The notes under the pieces were generated by a model. The model made no database searches. It had not been told where the DNA came from and saw nothing but the letters and a program-made list of their open reading frames with translations. This document shows, piece by piece, positions 1 to 12,844 of a stretch of 64,000 nt of DNA. Source of the stretch: Phyllobates terribilis (Eukaryota); NCBI RefSeq assembly GCF_046119375.1, contig NW_027362764.1:604066001-604130000 (forward strand). Direction: 5' to 3'. Both the position numbers and the translations under genes were made by a program. Position 1 is the first letter of the stretch, and every line of letters starts with the position of its first letter.

Positions 1-1205
1 GGCAGGTAGGCTGGCACACAGACTGGTGGGTATAGGCAGGCACGACTGGTATGCAGGCAGGCGGGTAAAGACAAGCACAGCTAGAGTGCAGACAGGGAGG
101 CACTAGCAGGTAGGAACACAGGCGGGATAGGACCCAGTACACACCGGGACTCAGGAACAATACAGGCAGAGGGTTACAGGCAAGCACAGCTAGAGTGCAG
201 ACAAGGCTGAGCAGGGAGGACAGGGCTCTGTTCACACGGAACAGACAGGAAGGGAAAGACAGAGCCAGATACTCACACAGTACTTGCAGAGACAACAAGC
301 AGGAGTTAGGTACGAGTTCAGACTCTGCAGAAAAAGGAAGGGAACGGACATAGAGGCAAAAACAGGTAAAGGACAGGAGAGAGTTCAGACTGGAACTGAG
401 TGAACGGAGGAGACCGACACTGCAGAGGGATACAGGAGCGGGTCTGGGAATACGGCCCCCAGAGAGGCGGAACGAACAGGCAAGGAGCGTGTTCAGACAG
501 GACAGACCAGACACAGGAGCGGGTCTAGGAAATCGGCCACTAGAAGGCGAGAGGAACAGGCTAGGAGCGTGTTCAGACAGGACAGACAAGAGAGCACAGA
601 AAGGACTCAGTTCAGACACGGGAGCTGATACCGCAAAGCAGGAGACATACAGGACTCAGTTCAGACACGGGAGCTGATACCGCAAAGCAGGAGACATACA
701 GGACTCAGTTCAGACACGGGAGCTGATACCGCAAAGCAGGAGACATACAGGACTCAGTTCAGACACGGGAGCTGATACCGCAAAGCAGGAGACATACAGG
801 ACACAGTTCAGACACGGGAGCTGATACCGCAAAGCAGGAGACATACAGGACTCAGTTCAGACACGGGAACTGATACAAAAGGCAGGAGACAAGAGACGGG
901 ACCTGGCACCTTCAGAGTGCAAGCACACACTGAAGGAAACACTATGCTCAGGCAGGGATAGAAGGGAGCTGCTGAGCTATATACCAAGTGACAGACAGCA
1001 ATAGGCTGAGGACGCACAAGGGGTGTGACCCACAGCAGGTACAAAAGGCAGGAAGTGATCGGGCGCCGCCCTTAAGCAGCAGAAACAGACACAAACAGAC
1101 AGCATGGAGGGAAGCCAGAGAGACATTCTGGACAGGAGATCAAGTGCGCCCTCTTGCACAGTGGGAGATGGACCACCATGCAAGGACGCCGCCAGGTATG
1201 TTACA
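1..1205 (-). mobile_element. LTR-like retroelement segment, running off the window, adjoining or inserted in a Tc1 remnant
   Basis: Purine-rich + strand ending ...GTATGTTACA at 1205 (TGTAACATAC on the minus strand, a TG start typical of LTRs). Internal 49-bp tandem repeat. Tc1 sequence starts at about 1206. The other end and the TSD are not visible. Confidence 0.45.
604..876. repeat. 49-bp tandem repeat, about 5.5 copies
   Basis: Unit GACTCAGTTCAGACACGGGAGCTGATACCGCAAAGCAGGAGACATACAG starts at 604, 653, 702, 751, 800 and 849. Confidence 0.95.
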
Positions 1206-3501
1206 TGAATTTATAAGCTTTTGATACGTTTTTAACTCTTGTTGACAAATACATCAAGTTTATGCAAAGACTCAACATTTACAGAGTTGACCCTTATTTT
1301 TCAAGACTTCTACAGTTTGCCCTGACATGCTGGATATCGGCTTCTAGGCAATTACTGTGTTTTTGCTTGTACATCCACTTTTTGATGATTGACCACAGGT
1401 TCTCAATAGGAATGAGATCTGGAGAGTTTCCTGGCCATGGACTCAAAATTTCAATGCTTTGTTCACCAATCCACTTAATTGTCACTTTTGCCTTTTGACA
1501 TGGAACTCCATCATACTGAAAAAAGCATTGCTCATCATCAAATTTCTAATGGATCGTTTGGAGGATGTTTAGATACCATTACTTATTTTTGGCAGTTTTT
1601 TAAGGCAAAATAGTGAGTGAGCCCACTCTCTTAGATGAAAGGCTACCCCATACATGAATGGTCTTTGGATGCTCTACTGTTGACAATAATTTTCAAACAG
1701 TCTGAAGGGGGCTTCATCATAGTAGATAACTTTATCCCAGTCCTGTGCAGTACAGTCCATGTACGTCTTACAGAATGTCAGTCCGTCCTTATTGTTTTTC
1801 TTGGAGAGAAGTGACTTCTTTGCTGCTCTTCTCGACACCAGATCAGCCTCCAAAAGCCTTTACCTCACTGTACATCCAGATGCACTGACACCTACCTGCC
1901 TGTTGCCATTCCTGAGAAAGCTCTGTACTGGTTTTAAAGCGAACCTGTCATGAGGATTTTGCTAAGTAAACTACAGGCATTGTCTGGTTGGCACTCTTAC
2001 ACTGATTAAAATGATTCCTGGGCTGAAGAAATCCGACTTGTGGTTCTTGTTTAATCTGTGTTTGCAGTTTTGAGTTAATGAGATGCTCGTGCACCGGGGC
2101 GGGCCTGTGGGCAGGGTCTTTTTTTGGTGCTCTGTCTAGATGGATAGAGCATATATCAACCTAATGAATATCTAACTATTTAGCTACCAATCAATATACC
2201 TGTCAAACTCTTCATTATCTTGTATCAGCTTATTTAGCTGATTTCTAATCTCTATCTTCACTAACTACCTTCACCATGCTATTTAGTGTCTGATGAATCC
2301 TATACAAAATATCCCTATGTATATATACATACACTATCTTACCCCATTCCTATCTAACTAAGTAGCCAGCCAGAAAATTAATATTCATGATATATTTTAA
2401 TACATTGGTGGCACAGTGGGGTTGAACTCATTATTTATCAGTGCGTATACCAAATCTCCTGTGTGCACTGCATTGCTATGTTCAGCGGCTTCAATTTCCT
2501 CCTCTTGTGCGCACTTCCGCACTTGTCCTCAGAACACATTGGGCGGCGCATGTGCAGATTGAAAGCATCGCTTCCCATTAAATGCTACTGCGCATGTGCC
2601 ACCGCCATTTTTTTGGAGCCAAATTTTTTTTGACGACCACAATATTAAATGCGCAGGCACAGTATTTAAAATAGGAGGCAGGTCACTGAAGGTTCAGTGA
2701 CTTGTCAATTCACCCCAGAATGATGACGATGAGGCCCAAGCACCAAAAAAGATCCGCCCACAGGCCCGACCCGAAGCACAAGCATTTCTTTAACTTAAAA
2801 CTGCAAACACAGATTAAACAACAACCACAAGTCGGATTTCTTCAACCCAGGCATCATTTTAATCAGTGTAACAGCACCAACCTGACACTGTCTGTAGTTT
2901 ACTTAGCAAAATCCTGATGACAGGTTTGCTTTAAGCCAATCCCATAGTTGAATCTCCTTAAGGACTCGTTCCTGGCACTTGAACCTTTTTGAACTTTCTT
3001 GAAGCCTTCTTCACAACAATTGAACCTCTCTTTTTGAAGTTGTTAATGATCTGATAATTGTTTGATTGAGAGACAATCTTAGAAGCAGCCATTTCCTTGC
3101 CTGTAAAACCATTCTGATGCAAATCATGTATGTGTTACCTTGGAAGTAAAAAATGGTTAACAGCAGAAAAGAACAATTTCAAGAACCAGCCCCCCTTTAA
3201 AGCAACCAGTCTGTCTATCACAGAGTGATATCAGAAGCCTTGTCCTTGTTAATATTTTCTACTGAGCTAACTAGAAGGTAACTGAGATGATGCGAGCAGA
3301 AAATTTTGCAAAGTGACTGAAAATCAGTTTTTAATAGAGTTTTGGAGATTGTTAATCTTCTTGGCAAAGAATGACTTTGCAATTTTTTTCAATTCATCTG
3401 ATCAATCTAGAGTTAATGCAAATTACTGTTATAAAAGTTGACGAAGCAACCTTTGTAAAAACCAAAATTTGTGTCAGTCTCAAAATCTTTGGACACGACT
3501 G
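1206..3501 (-). mobile_element. Degenerate Tc1 transposon, interrupted by a MITE
   Basis: Minus-strand ORF 1294-1485 contains WPGNSPDLIPIENLW, the Tc1 DDE C-terminal motif. TIR-like end CAGTCGTGTCCAAAGATTTTG on the minus strand ends at 3501. Many stops and frameshifts. Confidence 0.8.
1938..2930. mobile_element. TTAA-flanked T2/Kolobok-like MITE nested in the Tc1 remnant
   Basis: TTAA at 1934-1937 and 2931-2934. Imperfect TIRs of about 55 bp (AGCGAACCTGTCA...GGATTTTGCTAAGTAAACTACAG / CTGTAGTTTACTTAGCAAAATCC...TGACAGGTTTGCT). Tc1 sequence resumes after it. Confidence 0.8.
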
Positions 3502-4164
3502 TGAAATGTATGTATGAGTGTGTGTTTGTTTATATTGTGTATATTTCTATTGTATTTGGGAAAGGGTTATAATTTGGTATTTTGCTTCAGGAGGTTTCCT
3601 GGCGGATGATATGGTTTCTTTGTAGTTGTCCTATAGACTCCAAGTATGCTATATTCATAACTGCAAGATGTGGTCTACTAGAGAATCTCTTTATAACAAT
3701 TGACTGTTGTCTCAGGAAGCCAGCAATTGTTGTTCTATAGAAAATGGAGTGGCTTCTAAGAAAGGTTGTCTTTTCACACAACCTTAAGGCCAAGGCATAG
3801 GTGATGCTTGAATATCTCAATAAAAGAGTTACTTACCCATTGAAGCCCCTGTTACCACCTCTTAGTTCCTGCTGTCTACATCAACACCACCGCTAAAGGC
3901 AGTGATTAGCTGCAGCTGTCACCGGTGAACAAAAGAAACATGGGGAGCAGTGGAAAAGTGGTGCAAGAAAGGCAGGGGCATAAATGAGTAGGTATTTTGT
4001 TACCTCAAAGCAATAACTATTTGTGGAGCGATTATTGGTGAAACGGATAATCCCTTATACCAACTAAATCAGCTGTAATCCGTCAAGCATTCAGTCCTGG
4101 CCACATATGCAGCATTGGACTAGCATATGAATTGACTAAGTTTCTGTTGCCCACAGGTCAGCTA

Positions 4165-5624
4165 CAGTTGTGCTCAAAAGTTTACATACTCCGGCAAAAT
4201 TTTTCCTTTCTTGGCCTTGTTTCAGAGAATATGAATGATAACAAAAAAACTTTTTTTCCACTCATGGTTATTGGTTGGGTGAAGCCATTTATAGTCAAAC
4301 TACTGTGTTTTCTCTTTTTAAATCCTAATGACAACCAAAAACATCCAAATGACCCTGATCAAAAGTTGACTTACCCTGGTGGTTTTGGCCTGATAACATG
4401 CACAGAATTTGACACACATGGGTTTGAATGGCTACTAAAGGTAACATCCTCACATGTGACCTGTTTGCTTGTAATCAGTGTGTGTGCATAAAAGCTGAGT
4501 GAGTTTCTGGGATCCAGACAGACTCTTGCATCTTTCATCCAGCCACTGACGTTTCTGGATTGTAAGTCATGGGGAAAGCAAAAGAATTGTCAACGGATCT
4601 TCGGGAAAAGGTAGTTGAATTGTATAACACAGGAAAGGGATACAGATAAATATCCAAGGAATTGATAATGCCAGTCAGCAGCGTTCAGACTGTGATTAAC
4701 AAATGGAAAATCTGGGGCTCTGTAAAAAACAAACCACGGTTAGGTAGACCAACAAATATTTCGGATACAACTGCCAGGAAAATTGTTCGACATGCAAAGA
4801 AAAACCCACAAATAACATCAGCTGAAATTCAGGACTCTTGAAAACTAACGGTGTGGGTGTTTCAACATGGCTCATAAGGAGGCTCTTGAAGAAAAATAGG
4901 CTGCATGGTCGAGTCGCCAGAAGAAAGCCATTACTGCGCAAATGCCACAAAGTATCTCACCTACAATACGCCAAACAGCACAGAGACAAGCCTCAAAACT
5001 TCTGGAACAAGGTAATTTGGAGTGATGAGACCAAAATAAAACTTTTTGGCCACAACCATAAACGTTACATTTGGAGAGAGGTCAACAAGGCCTATGATGA
5101 AAGGAACACCATTCCTACAGTAAAGCATGGAGTTGGATCGCTGATGTTTTGGGGATGTGTGAGCTACAAAGGCACAGGAAACTTTGTAAAAGTTGAAGGA
5201 AAGATGAATGTAGCACGTTATCAGCAAATACTGGAGGCAAATGTGCACTCATTAGCCCGGAAGCTGCGCATGGGACGTACTTGGACGTTCCAACATGACA
5301 ACGATCCAAAAACACAAGGCCAAGTCAACCTGTCATTGGCTACAGCAGAACAAAGTGAAGGTTCTGGAGTGGCCATCTCAGTCTCCTATCCTCAATATCA
5401 TTAAGCCACTCTGGGGAGATCTCAAGCTCGCAGTTCATGCTAGACAGCCCAGGAATTTACAGGAACTGGAGGCTTTTTGCCAAGAATAATGGGCTGCTTT
5501 ACCATCTGAGAAATTAAAGAACCTCATCCACAACTACCACAAAAGACTTCAAGCTGTCATTGATGTTAGAGGGGGCAATACACTGTATTAAGAAATGGGG
5601 TATGTAAACTTTTGAGCACAACTG
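4165..5624 (+). mobile_element. Full-length Tc1 transposon with a pseudogenised transposase
   Basis: Perfect 25-bp TIRs CAGTTGTGCTCAAAAGTTTACATAC (4165-4189 and 5600-5624) flanked by TA. Transposase starts MGKAKELSTDLREKVV at 4569, has an early TAA, then WSDETK, QHDND and WPSQSP motifs split by frameshifts. Confidence 0.93.
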
Positions 5625-5746
5625 TATATGCTCACCCCTCATTTGTATGTTTTAAAAACAATTATATTAATCTTATACTGAAAGAGCTCACTATTAAAAT
5701 GATGCATTTCTATTATTTTTGTTTTTCATTTCTTTCCATTGTACAG

Positions 5747-5832
5747 GGAAGGACATGGTAAGATCACAGTTTTTGCTGTCAAAATGGCATTGGCGACACT
5801 GTGTGGGGGGAAAATTATGGACAAATTGAGAT
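5747..5832 (+). CDS. dtna: dtna exon 4 ([28 protein letters not shown])
   Basis: Pyrimidine tract, ACAG acceptor and GTAAGT donor; 86 nt; near-identical to the recalled alpha-dystrobrevin EF-hand region. Confidence 0.96.
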
Positions 5833-5956
5833 GTAAGTCTATGCTTTACATTCTTCATTTATTATGTGTTTAAGACACTTTTTATTGCATGTTTGAAAAG
5901 GATGAGGTGGGCAAACAGGAATGGTGCATGGCTTCATTCATAAGGATGTGACTTAA

Positions 5957-6248
5957 AGGGGTCCCGTGAACAAAACAGGAGTAAAACATTTTTTAGAAAC
6001 GGTCAGGGAAATGTTTTATCCCACAAAAAGAATAATTTATGATCCCATGCTGTCCTGGCTGTATACTTTTTTGCGTCTTCTCCTACCCAGTAGATGTATG
6101 ATCAGACCTTATTCCTGTACGGTCAGACACAGCCATTACACAGTACACAGCAGGGGCACATTTATAAGATTATCTCAGCACAGGAACATTTTATTTAAAC
6201 ACATCCAATTGTGGAAGTTATTATAACAAGATCTATTGAAAAACCCCT
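5957..6248. mobile_element. TTAA-flanked MITE, family A deletion derivative
   Basis: TTAA-AGGGG...CCCCT-TTAA. The body matches the right arm of the copy at 37409-37964. Confidence 0.75.
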
Positions 6249-7070
6249 TTAAAATGCGACACTGTTTCACCAAATTTCTGGAGAACATGATGTACGGCCA
6301 GACCATTGTGTTCCAGCTATATGGACATGTGACCATTGCAACCTATCACAGGTGCCGCAGTGTTGCATTTTACACCGCTGCAGCTACTGATTGACTGATA
6401 GTCACATACCTTTTATGCTGAATGTGGAAGCATGGAGACAAGAGAGAAGAGCCATGAACAAGAGTTGTAATGGATCGGTAAGGTGAATATTAATTAGCAT
6501 GTTGAGATAAAGCTATTTTTTTGGGCGGGGGAGTGGTGGGGGTTATGGGAGGGGTTAATTTGAGGGTGGACAGTCCTTTTAAAGAAGGTGTGATTTGACA
6601 ACTATGGGCCTAAGAACTAACAAGCAGGTTTTTGCTACCTGCCTGTTGTGCCCGGCACAGATCTCTGCCGACAAGTGGCAGTCACAGACATGTTAGCTGA
6701 GCAGTAGCTTTTCTTCCGCTCTGCTCTGTTGATTGGGCATGACTGTTGATTGACAACCGACTCCCTGGTGCCTTATCGGTCCCATCAACGGAGCAGCCCG
6801 GAAGAGGAAGAGCTACTGTGTTGACATCAAGCAGCAGAATCACCAGCAAAAAAAAAAATCAAATACTCCCGGATAAGCCCTTTAATAGTACTTCTCTACT
6901 CTCTGTTATCTTGCATGTAAGTAACTAAGAATAAATCTTAATTACCAGTGGGCTAAATTTGCTTACCTGTGAGTGAATTGCTAAAAACACATATGAGTAT
7001 TGGAGAGTTTCAGCAAGATGTTGTTGACACTTTATTTTCCTTTTTAATCTGTTTTTTTTTCTTTTTACAG

Positions 7071-7225
7071 ACATTTTCTCACTGATCTCTGATTCAGGTG
7101 GTGTCATGGTTTACCAGAAGTATGACCAGTTTTTGAAGGAAGTGCTGAAACTGCCAACCGCTGTGTTTGAAGGACCTTCATTTGGTTACACAGAGCAATC
7201 TGCAAGGTCTTGTTTCTCACAGCAG
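7071..7225 (+). CDS. dtna: dtna exon 5 ([52 protein letters not shown])
   Basis: TTTTACAG acceptor, GTATGA donor; 155 nt; phase continuous with exon 4. Confidence 0.97.
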
Positions 7226-9425
7226 GTATGAAGAATGCAGCATGATGATTATGTGGTGCTTTATAACATAATGGGTCTGATTCATCAAGACTGGCAATTT
7301 TCTTGCGGGTCTTGATGAGGGGCCATGGAGGAGTCGGACGCTCTTGATTCAATACGAGGCACACGACTCTTGATGAATTAGGAGCGTCTGACAAGTGACA
7401 TGCATCAGGCCAGAAATCTTACACTAGTCCCTGACTGGAGTAATATTTCTGCCGTAAGGAACGCCACAGCTCTTCATGGATTAGATCAGCTGTTGCGTCA
7501 CGTTCTTGTTGCACCCCGTCCCACCTAGCTTCGACCATTTTGGCAAAGCTGGGAGAAACTGGCGTGAAAATGGCAAAAGTTGCAAAGTTTAGGCACAACT
7601 CTGAGTTGCACCAAAATTTTGTGGCTTTTCAAAGCTTTTACACCACTTTTTTTGGCATAAAAGCTTTGATGAATCGGGCCCATTGGCTTCTATTTATAAT
7701 AGATGCTATGATGGATCCAAACTGGCACTAACTGGGCATTCTGGTATGTTTTAATGGCAAGAACAGCGCTGTAAACTTTGCAGTCAAAGATACGGAATTG
7801 CAGACTAAACCCCTAAAGGAGGCTATAAACATCAGTGTGAACAAAGTCTAATAATAAATAAAAAGATCCAAAGTTTTTAGTGACTCTGTGTTATAGATGT
7901 AATTACATGTTAAACGTACACGTGGTTTCGACTACAGAAATTGCCAATTTGGTTAGCCTTAAAGAGGTTGACCTATGAACAACCCCCTTTAAAATAATGC
8001 TGTTTTTAGCCAGAAGCAAATATTTATATGGAAAGCCAACGAGATCTGCACATTCTAGATCTACTGAAGGGAGAATATTTTCATCAGAACAGTTATATCC
8101 TCTGTTTAATCATTTATTAAAGTTTATCAAAGTAGTTAGTCATGTACAAAACTGTTTGTGCACAGAACATATCATGCCTGTGTGTGGCTCATTTTTGAAT
8201 AAAATATTTTATCATTACGTTTTTTTTCCCTGTTTCCTCCTGCTGGGATCCGTTACTGGTTTTGGCAAAAAAGTATGGAATGGAACATGGACCTCAGATA
8301 CAGGCATGTAAAGAAGCCCCTAAGCTGGCCACTTCATAATGACAAGTGATGGTTTTTTTTTTTGGAAATACACTGTTTATAGCACCAATTTACAAAGAAA
8401 ATCACCTAATGACATAAAAAATGTTTGCCCAAAAATGTTACTTTGAACAAGCGTAGTGTATTCTACGTTTTGATGTTAGAAGGAATGTCATAAAAATGAC
8501 CTATTGCTTAAAACAGGTTTTTATGCTTTTTTTTTGTTGTTTTGTTTTTTTTCAATTTTCCAGATCACGATCTATATTAAAATTTCACACTGGCCACTAA
8601 ACCTAATATTAGACTGATTGATCTTGTTCTTTTCAGCAGCCACATGTACATAAGAGGCAATAGACTGGCTCTAACCCTATTAACTTTCATTCAAGTATTT
8701 TCTGAGCAAACTGTGATCTGGGCAAATGTCACTGAAAAGAGTGTGAGGAGGTGATTTGTGACATCACCTATTTTAAATGGGGGGATCCTATGTTATAGAT
8801 GGGTCACCTTTTATCTTAACCCTGCCTGTGATAAAATATATTCTAAAAAAGAAAAAACAAAGATACCAGTACACAAAGGGTATTAACCCGACAAAAACAA
8901 AATAGAACGTGTATGTAAGCTGCTAACCTGATGGCATTGTGCTAAGTGCACGACAACCCAGAGGGCATATCAATCATGTAGCAGGATGCTACATCCAGGG
9001 GTCCCACCGGATTCTGGATGGTATGTCATGATACATGTACAACAAAATTACCTCCTTAATCGGCCCTGCTTCCCCAAAGACAGTGACGTGCTACAACGTA
9101 GAACTTCTTTGCAAAAAAAGTTCTTCATCGTTGCACCTTATTGCATGTGCATGTCTTCGATCTAGGAAAGCAGCGCTGATTAAGGAGGTTGTTTTCTTTT
9201 GCATGTGTCTTATGATAATAAGACTGCTGAAATGTCATCTGTACAATACAAGAAGTGTGAGTATATAGTATTAGGTAGTCTGTGTGAAAGCTGCAACATT
9301 TTGTCTTTTTTTTGTTTTGTAAATAGTACAGTTGTTCAAAAATATTCACAGGACCATGGTCCAGAGGCCATGACTGTAGTCTGTGGCCGACCCGACCAGA
9401 GTCTTGCGAATCTCATACCTGCTGG

Positions 9426-11271
9426 CAGGGCCGGCTCCAGGTTTTTCTGGGGCCCGGGCGAAAGATTCTCAGTGGCCCCTTTAACACATACACGATTCAT
9501 GATGCACAGATACCGCAGAGAAATATATATATATAATATAGTACAATGCAAAGATTTCACTTCTTACATTACATGAGTGATATCTATTGTAAATTCCACA
9601 ATAGCTCAGAAACCGGTGAATCGCTCCACACAGAATACTGGCCCCCATATAAGGCTCCATACGGAATACTGGCCCCCATATAAGGCTCCATACGGAATAC
9701 TGGCCCCCATATAAGGCTCCATACGGAATACTGGCCCCCATATAAGGCTCCATACCGAATACTGGCCCCCATATAAGGCTCCATACGGAATACTGGCCCC
9801 CATATAAGGCTCCATACGGAATACTGGCCCCCATATAACGCTTCATACGGTTTACTGGCCCCCATATAAGGCTCCATACGGAATACTGGCCCCCATATAA
9901 GGCTCCATACGGAATACTGGCCCCCATATAACGCTTCATACGGAATACTGGCCCCCATATAAGGCCCCATACGGAATACTGGCCCCCATATAAGGCCCCA
10001 TAAGGAATACTGGCCCCCATATAAGGCCCCATACGGAATACTGGCCCCCATATAAGGCCCCATACGGAATACTGGCCCCCATATAAGGCTCCATACGGAA
10101 TACTGGCCCCCATATAAGGCTCCATACGGAATACTGGCCCCCATATAAGGCCCCATACGGAATACTGGCCCCCATATAAGGCCCCATACGGAATACTGGC
10201 CCCCATATAAGGCCCCATAAGGAATACTGGCCCCCATATAAGGCCCCATACGGAATACTGGCCCCCATATAAGGCCCCATACGGAATACTGGCCACCATA
10301 TAAGGCTCCATGCGGAATACTGGCCCCCATATAAGGCTCCATGCGGAATACTGGCCCCCATATAAGGCTCCATACGGAATACTGCCCCCCATATAAGGCT
10401 CCATACGGAATACTGCCCCCCATATAAGGCTCCATACAGAATACTGGCCCCCATATAACGCTCCATACAGGATACTGGTCCCCTTATAAAACTCCATACA
10501 GGATACTGGTCCCCTTATAACACTCCATACAGGATACCGGTCCCCTTATAACGCTGCATGCAGGCTGTTACCCCCCACATAATGCCCCATACAGGCTGTC
10601 CCCCCCTTATAATGCTCCATGCAGGCTGTTACCCCCCACATAATGCCCCATACAGCCCCCCCCCCTTTTAATGCTCCATGCAGGCTGTTACCCCCCACAT
10701 AATGCCCCATACAGGCTGCCCCCCCTCCTTATAATGCTCCATGCAGGCTGCCCCCCCCCCCTTATAATGCCCCATGCAGGCTGTTCCCCACCTTATAATG
10801 CCCCATGCAGGATGCCCCCCCTCTTTATAATGCCCCATGCAGGATGCCCCCCCCCTTCTCTACTGCCTCATGCCTCCATACATTAAAAAAAAAAATCAAA
10901 TACTCACCTCCCTTCTCCTCACCTGCTGCTTGCTGCCTGCTGCTCGGGTCCGAACTCCAGCGTTGTCGGCGTCTTCCCGCTCAGCGCTCCCTGTGACGGC
11001 TCAGGGGAGGGCGCGGTGTAAAGACATCACCGCACCCTCTGACCTGACACGTCACAGGAAGCGCAGAGCAGGAAGACAGCTGATCTGCGGAGGCACGGGG
11101 AGAGGTAAGTATCCTGCTGCCGGGGCCCTGAGCAAGCGGCGGAGAAAGGCGGCGCTGACACCGCTCTCCTCCGCCCATAGCCCAGCGGGGTGCGCGACCG
11201 CCAGTGGGCCCCTCTGCCTGCTCAGGGCCCCGGCATTTGCCCGGGTGCGCCGGGTGCTGACGCCGGCCCTG
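9426..11271. mobile_element. Non-autonomous hAT element carrying a minisatellite
   Basis: Perfect 8-bp TSD CCTGCTGG at 9418-9425 and 11272-11279. TIRs CAGGGCCGGC / GCCGGCCCTG. No transposase ORF. Confidence 0.9.
9633..10860. repeat. 31-bp minisatellite (27 units to about 10469) grading into degenerate C-rich units of about 30 bp
   Basis: Unit GAATACTGGCCCCCATATAAGGCTCCATACG repeats with period 31. From about 10470 the units drift to CAGGATACTGGTCCCCTTATAA... and then CAGGCTGTTACCCCCCACATAATGCCCCATA. Confidence 0.97.
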
Positions 11272-12189
11272 CCTGCTGGCTTCACAGACACCTCTTCTAA
11301 TTAGTAGGCCTGACGCAACGTCATCATTGTGGCACAATGCATGTGTGACATTGCACTGGTCCAGTCTTCACAACTTACCAATGTAGCTGCTGGAATGGGG
11401 TCCTGAAAATCTTTTCACTCAACTCTATTAGGTAGTGAAAATGAAAATTGAAAAAAAAATGCTAAAAATGTTAACACATTTAACCTAAAAGCCATATTTA
11501 AGGAGTTGATCATTTTTTTTCATGATCCGGTCCATTTAAGTTGTATTTCTTCTGCCTTTGTTCTTCATTATTTTTGAAACTCATGTAAAGACTAAAGGGT
11601 TAGATGGGTTGTCTGGTCTAAAATGACAAGTCTGCAGTCAATCTGTGTGTCTGCAGACTTGTGAATCCTCATATAGCACTCACTATGCACTGTGAGGATT
11701 CTCCGGTGTCAGCGCTGGCATACTTCTGGCCAGTTTCTGACTAGACTGCTTCCGGTGTGCCCAGTACGTGACTGCCGTTCCTGGTGCTGACACCAGAGAA
11801 TCCTCATAACGCGCTATGTTAAGATTCACATGTCTGCAGTCACATAGAGTGACAGCAGACTTGTCATTTTAGACCGGACAGCCCCTTTAAGTTTGCATTA
11901 CTTGTATCTAGTGTTCATGTAGACAGTCATGTGGCCATTCTTAACTGGTTGCAGTAGGGTTTTTCCCTCATGTAGTTAACCATTTAGGCACAATTATGAA
12001 AATAGCATACTTAAGGCACAGATCCGCAAGAGGGGAGAGGGAAATAAAAATTGTTACATTGTATATTGTACACCAATAACAAGACATAATGTAAATACCA
12101 TTCATCGCAATTAGTCTTACTCATTAATATTTAATCTATATGTATATGCTAATAGTGATTTTTCTCATCTTTGTTTTTAATCCAAACAG

Positions 12190-12295
12190 AAAAAAGTTAG
12201 CTTAAATTTATTTTTGGACACACTTATGTCTGACCCACCACCTCAGTGTCTTGTCTGGTTACCTCTTCTACATCGACTGGCGAATGTAGAAAATG
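12190..12295 (+). CDS. dtna: dtna exon 6 ([35 protein letters not shown])
   Basis: AACAG acceptor, GTAAGT donor; 106 nt. Confidence 0.97.
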
Positions 12296-12679
12296 GTAAG
12301 TACAGTCTGCAATAAAGCTTTGTACTATGTAGACATTCTATGTTTTTCTTAGGATAGAGTATCCATATCAGATCTATGAGTATCTAACTCCCAACACCGA
12401 AACCGATTAGTGGGGGTCTGGCTCCGGCACTCACACCGATCAGTAGACTGAAGGTTGAGTGATATGTCACCATTATTGTTTACCAGACATAACTGTATAC
12501 TTTTTCCCTCGGCTGTACCTGGTATTACAGTTCAGTCTCACTCACTAATGGGACTGATCCACACAGAGCTGCAGGACGAGGCACAGATCCTACAATGGAA
12601 AGTGGATGGCGCTGTATACGATAAACCATGAAAGGGACACAAATGTCACAAGTCAGACTTCCACTGATTGGGAATAGCT

Positions 12680-12844
12680 NNNNNNNNNNNNNNNNNNNNN
12701 NNNNNNNNNNNNNNNNNNNNNNNNNNNNNNNNNNNNNNNNNNNNNNNNNNNNNNNNNNNNNNNNNNNNNNNNNNNNNNNNNNNNNNNNNNNNNNNNNNNN
12801 NNNNNNNNNNNNNNNNNNNNNNNNNNNNNNNNNNNNNNNNNNNN
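12680..12844. other. Assembly gap or masked run (165 N)
   Basis: Run of N. Confidence 0.99.

Noticed and set aside
9481-10497. Long minus-strand ORFs (338, 283 and 176 aa) of MEPYMGASIPYGALYGGQYSVW repeats
   Set aside because: They result from a 31-bp unit lacking stops on one strand (3 units give 31 aa). They occur in several frames and lie inside a non-autonomous hAT element.
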